Assembly (NCBI GenBank): GCA_037481835.1
Contig: JBBFKW010000021.1
Span: forward strand, 1-38,482
Length of the DNA stretch: 38,482 bases
From: Desulfosoma sp.
GTDB taxonomy: Bacteria; Desulfobacterota; Syntrophobacteria; Syntrophobacterales; DSM-9756
Reading direction: 5' to 3'
Positions 35,035 to 38,482 of the stretch are shown one piece after another (the first letter of the stretch is position 1; each line of letters starts with the position of its first letter). The notes below the pieces were generated by a model. That model did not search any database. It was given only the letters and a program-made list of their open reading frames with translations, and had not been told where the DNA came from. The translations under genes were made by a program, and so were the position numbers.

Positions 35035-36153
35035 CTAAAGAGATGCAAGGATGTCGCGATAGATTCGGGCGGCGGCCGCAACCTGGTCGAAGGAGACGGA
35101 CTCTTCCGGCGAATGGGCTTTTTCCAGCTGGCCGGGTCCCAAAAGGATGGGTTTGACGCCTGCCGTCCAGAGCGTATTGGCGTCGCTGTGGCTTCGAAAG
35201 GGCACGGGCTGCCAAGGGAGATCGCGGGCTTCCAGGATTTGCCGGATTTTCTGCACGAAAGGGCTCCGTTCGGGAATATCGTAGCCGGAATGAATTTCCG
35301 TAAACCGAAGGCTTGGGCTCACATGGGGGTTGTCTTCCCGGATGGATTCCGTGAGCTGTTCCAGTTCCAGGATGATTTCCCCTAGGGGCAGGGCGGGCGG
35401 CAGGTGCACGTCCAGCCAGGCCTCGCAATAGTCCGGGACCACAAAGCCTGCAGACGAACTGCTCAGGTCCCGGATGTTGGGGATGACTTCCGGCCAGCGT
35501 TCTTCCCAGTAATGCAGGAGGCGCAGCAAGAAGTGGAGCAGGCTTTCCGCCGGGTGTGCGGCGCGGTTGGCCATGGAGGCATGCATCCTCTTGCCGCGGA
35601 TGACCACTTGCATTTCCAAGTAGCCGTAATGAACGAGGGAGACCTTGAGGTCGGTGGGTTCCCCGATGATGGCCCAGGGAAAATGGTAATCGCGAACCAG
35701 TCGCCGAGCGCCGTCGCCTTCCTCCTCTTCACCCACCACCAGGGCCAGCGCAGCCGGAATCGGGGTGGTCGCTTCGGCCGTGGCGGTGAGATAGGCCTCG
35801 ATCATGGCGGCACAGCCCCCTTTCATATCGGCCGTGCCCAGGCCGAAAAGTTCGCCGTTTTCTTCCTCGCAGCCGAAATCTTCCAGGTCGTAGGCCGAAA
35901 TGGTATCCACGTGGCCGATGAGGGCCAGCTGGATGTCTTCGTCCGGAGGCAGCACGAGGAGGTTGGATCGCCGGTCGTCCACGGGCTGTCGGATGACGGG
36001 CACATCGTAGCGTTTGAGAAAGGAATAGAGAAAATCGACGGCGTCTTCTTCCTTTCCCGACGGGCTGTAGATGTTGACCATCCGTTCCAGAAGGCGGCGC
36101 AGCCGCGCCGTTTGGATGTCTCGGCGGTTGGAAAGACCCACGAAAATCTCCAC
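35035..36153 (-). CDS. M20 family metallohydrolase (ArgE/DapE-like deacetylase)
   Basis: S.SG.E, GHVDT, GLGTADMKGG, VGEEE, IIGEPT, SDA, GPG....AHS..E. Confidence 0.9.
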   Translation of the reverse strand: MEIFVGLSNRRDIQTARLRRLLERMVNIYSPSGKEEDAVDFLYSFLKRYDVPVIRQPVDDRRSNLLVLPPDEDIQLALIGHVDTISAYDLEDFGCEEENGELFGLGTADMKGGCAAMIEAYLTATAEATTPIPAALALVVGEEEEGDGARRLVRDYHFPWAIIGEPTDLKVSLVHYGYLEMQVVIRGKRMHASMANRAAHPAESLLHFLLRLLHYWEERWPEVIPNIRDLSSSSAGFVVPDYCEAWLDVHLPPALPLGEIILELEQLTESIREDNPHVSPSLRFTEIHSGYDIPERSPFVQKIRQILEARDLPWQPVPFRSHSDANTLWTAGVKPILLGPGQLEKAHSPEESVSFDQVAAAARIYRDILASL

Positions 36154-36206
36154 ACGTTTCGGGGTGCGGCTTCAAAGTCGAGCGGGCGGTACGCCGCCCG
36201 TCCCCC

Positions 36207-36797
36207 TCAGGAAGAAGGTGCGGGAGCCGGGGGAGCCGCGCGCCGTTTCTTGGAAGGGCTCACGTCGGATCGGGGTTTTTTGCGCCTCTCCGTCAGGTTC
36301 AGACTCAGGTAGATGTGTTCCTTGGGGTTGCCGAAACCCATTTTCTTGAAAAAGGCGAGAGCCGTCTCGTTGTCGGCTTCCGAATCCACAAAGAGGATGC
36401 GGGCCCCCTCTTCCATGACGGTTTCTTTGAAGTGGTCGAAAAGTCGTTCTGCCACATGAGAGCGCCGAAGGTCGCCTCGAACGCCGAGCCACACGAGGTG
36501 CGCGTATTTCCACGCCGAACGCGGCTTGGAAATGGTCGTTCCCAACGCAAACCCCACGATTTCCTCGTCCATTTCCGCCACGAAACAGTATTCCGAGTCG
36601 CTCAAATAAAAAGAGACCACCTCGTACGGGTCCCATGTGCGGTACAGGTTGGGCACCCGATCCGCCGTGAAGAGCTCCTCCCCCAGATGAAAGACGTCGG
36701 CCAAGTCGTCGATTTCCATCTGCCGAATCGTCACAGGCGGCCGCTTTTTCTTTCCGTTCGGGGCGGCTGGGCTGCCGCTCTGAAAATTTTCTTTCAT
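36207..36797 (-). CDS. GNAT family N-acetyltransferase
   Basis: FVAE..EEIVGF, LGV....RR..VA..L, N..AL.FF.KMGF; AGGATGAGG RBS. Confidence 0.88.
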   Translation of the reverse strand: MKENFQSGSPAAPNGKKKRPPVTIRQMEIDDLADVFHLGEELFTADRVPNLYRTWDPYEVVSFYLSDSEYCFVAEMDEEIVGFALGTTISKPRSAWKYAHLVWLGVRGDLRRSHVAERLFDHFKETVMEEGARILFVDSEADNETALAFFKKMGFGNPKEHIYLSLNLTERRKKPRSDVSPSKKRRAAPPAPAPSS

Positions 36798-36957
36798 GCC
36801 TCATCCTTTGTGGCTTATTCATAAGTCTCATTTCTTCGATAATCCGGAAGGGGCGGTTTGGTCAAGGTACTGAATTGCGCTTGTTTTTATAGGCTGGCGT
36901 TTTGTTGTTGCTTCAAGCCGGTTTGTCGGATTTTTAAGCACGGGGAGTTGGGAAAAG

Positions 36958-37671
36958 GTGGGACGGGGAAAACGTCGAGGCGTTGTGTGCGAGCGGTGCC
37001 TCACTGGGAAAAACCGATACTGGGCCGCAGTTTTCTGCACGCTTCTCGTATTTGCGGCGCTTAGCCCAATCGCTCATGCCGATTTCGGGAAAGAATTAAG
37101 AGACAAGGGTGTCCCGAAGGTTGCAACGGTCATCGCGGTGTTGGACGGCGATACGGTGGTGCTGGACGGGGGCCTCAAGGTGCGGTACCTGGGGGTGGAT
37201 ACGCCGGAGATGGACCACGAGACGGGCCGCCACGAATGCTATGCTCGGGAGGCCTACGAGCAAAACAAGGCGTGGGTGTTGGGCCGAAGGGTCATCCTGG
37301 CCTACGACGGTCCGAAGCGGGATGAACACGGAAGACTCCTGGCGTATGTCGCGACCCCCGAAGGGATGTGCGTGAACGCCGAACTCATTCGCCAGGGTTT
37401 GGCCTATGTTTTCCGTGGGCCCGAGGGATTTTCCAGGTTTGGGGAATTCATCGCCCTGCAGCGCGAGGCGGTGCTCGAGCGCCGAGGGATGCACGGGCGC
37501 TGCCCCGTTCGCGAAGAAAAAAGTTACCTCGGCAATCGAGAGTCCTTCATCTTTCATCGCCCGACATGCCCTTACGGTGCCAAGACCCGGTCGGATCGCC
37601 GCATTGACTTTTCGTCCCGGTGGGACGCCCTTATGGAAGGCTTCCGGCCGTGCCGCCGGTGCACCCCGTGA
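36958..37671 (+). CDS. Thermonuclease (SNase) family protein with C-terminal Ada-like metal-binding domain
   Basis: V.DGDT, VRYLGVDTPE, RD.HGRLLAYV, N.ELIR.GLA; C-terminal GN..S.IFHRPTC...GFRPCRRC.P. Confidence 0.88.
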   Translation: MGRGKRRGVVCERCLTGKNRYWAAVFCTLLVFAALSPIAHADFGKELRDKGVPKVATVIAVLDGDTVVLDGGLKVRYLGVDTPEMDHETGRHECYAREAYEQNKAWVLGRRVILAYDGPKRDEHGRLLAYVATPEGMCVNAELIRQGLAYVFRGPEGFSRFGEFIALQREAVLERRGMHGRCPVREEKSYLGNRESFIFHRPTCPYGAKTRSDRRIDFSSRWDALMEGFRPCRRCTP

Positions 37672-37684
37672 GGATGAGGAGCCG

Positions 37685-38155
37685 ATGGAGATGACGGACA
37701 GAAAATACCCGGACCGGCCCTTGGTGGGTGTGGGCGCCGTCGTCTTTCGAAACGACGAGGTGCTCCTGGTCCAGCGGGGGCGTGAACCCGCCTACGGGCT
37801 CTGGTCTTTGCCCGGTGGTCTCGTCAAAGTGGGGGAAAGTTTGGAGGCGGCCGTGCGAAGGGAAGTTCTCGAAGAGACGGGGGTCCTCGTGAAAGTGTTA
37901 GATGTGATTGCCTGCCTCGATCGGGTTATTGCGGACGGGAAAGGACGCATCGCGTACCATTATGTTCTCGTGGACTTTCTGTGCGAACTTGTGGCCGGCG
38001 AGCCCAAGCCGGGAAGTGACGTCTTGGCCTGCGCCTACGTCGCCCCTGAAAACCTCCCGGGCTTGGAACTCACCCGAGGCGCCGCCGAAGTGATTCGCCG
38101 CGCCACGGAAAGGCGCCGAGCCGGTTTGCCCCCCGTGTATGACCCGCTTTTATAG
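37685..38155 (+). CDS. Nudix hydrolase
   Basis: YPDRPLVGVGAVV and Nudix box GLVKVGESLEAAVRREVLEETG; GAGGAG RBS (ATG 37691 also possible). Confidence 0.92.
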   Translation: MEMTDRKYPDRPLVGVGAVVFRNDEVLLVQRGREPAYGLWSLPGGLVKVGESLEAAVRREVLEETGVLVKVLDVIACLDRVIADGKGRIAYHYVLVDFLCELVAGEPKPGSDVLACAYVAPENLPGLELTRGAAEVIRRATERRRAGLPPVYDPLL

Positions 38156-38427
38156 AGGGGGCCCTCCGATGATGCGGATTCCGGCCGATGCCGATCTTTG
38201 CACTTCTTCCCATGGGGTGCCGGCCCCTGCCCATTTTACGTCCTCGTAAATCCTATCCTGTGTCGTTCGACTCCAGGAAGGTCCGAAATCTGGCCTCTGA
38301 TCTTTCCAGAACAAATGCCGTTCCTTTCATGCCCAAGGTTCTTCTCTCGGCTCAGGCCGAGGTCACCCTTTGGATCGCAGGCGCCGGCCTGTCCGCACCT
38401 GATGCCGGGGCACCAGTTTCTAATTAG

Positions 38428-38482
38428 CCCAAGTTTGTCACATGTATGTTCAAAAAGAGGGGATTGTCGCGATTTTGCCCAT
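38428..38482 (+). mobile_element. Probable left end of a second IS1634-like copy
   Basis: CCCAAGTTTGTCAC (38428-38441) is the exact reverse complement of 189-202; the internal sequence differs after 14 bp, as expected for IRL versus IRR. Confidence 0.65.

Noticed and set aside
38156..38427. 79-aa ORF 38188-38427 or a gene interrupted by the IS
   Set aside because: No RBS or recognisable motifs on either strand

Overview
GC-rich, gene-dense chromosomal segment of an anaerobic deltaproteobacterium (inferred Desulfobacterota, probably Syntrophobacterales-like), bounded at both ends by termini of an IS1634-like element. Most genes are metabolic or housekeeping: ADP-ribosylglycohydrolase, an ABC-2 exporter, a GlnQ-like ATPase with ilvE, livKHMGF-serA, an iron-sulfur flavoprotein, pgeF-pyrK-pyrD, a SlyD-like PPIase, a second Liv-type importer with an arylacetate-CoA ligase and iorAB, class III adenylate cyclase, a CdaA-CdaR fusion, DUF2914, an M20 hydrolase, a GNAT, a thermonuclease and a Nudix hydrolase. 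Three systems are invisible in the ORF track. (1) A tRNA-Sec-shaped tRNA (8-bp acceptor stem, bulged 4-bp T-stem, long variable arm) has Cys identity (GCA anticodon, U73). It heads an operon with mvhD, an unknown ORF and a divergent SelB, i.e. a selC*/selB*-type module, and the two MvhD positions that are Sec in homologues are the gene's only TGT codons. (2) A Tyr-rich leader peptide (FYYGYGY) with an antiterminator and two interlocked tandem terminators precedes the importer-paaK-iorAB operon, implying tyrosine-sensing attenuation of an aryl-acid salvage route to aromatic amino acids. (3) A candidate ~80-nt sRNA with its own sigma70 promoter, terminator and anti-Shine-Dalgarno motifs is complementary to the livK ribosome-binding site. 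All calls come from reading the sequence; no searches or folding programs were run.
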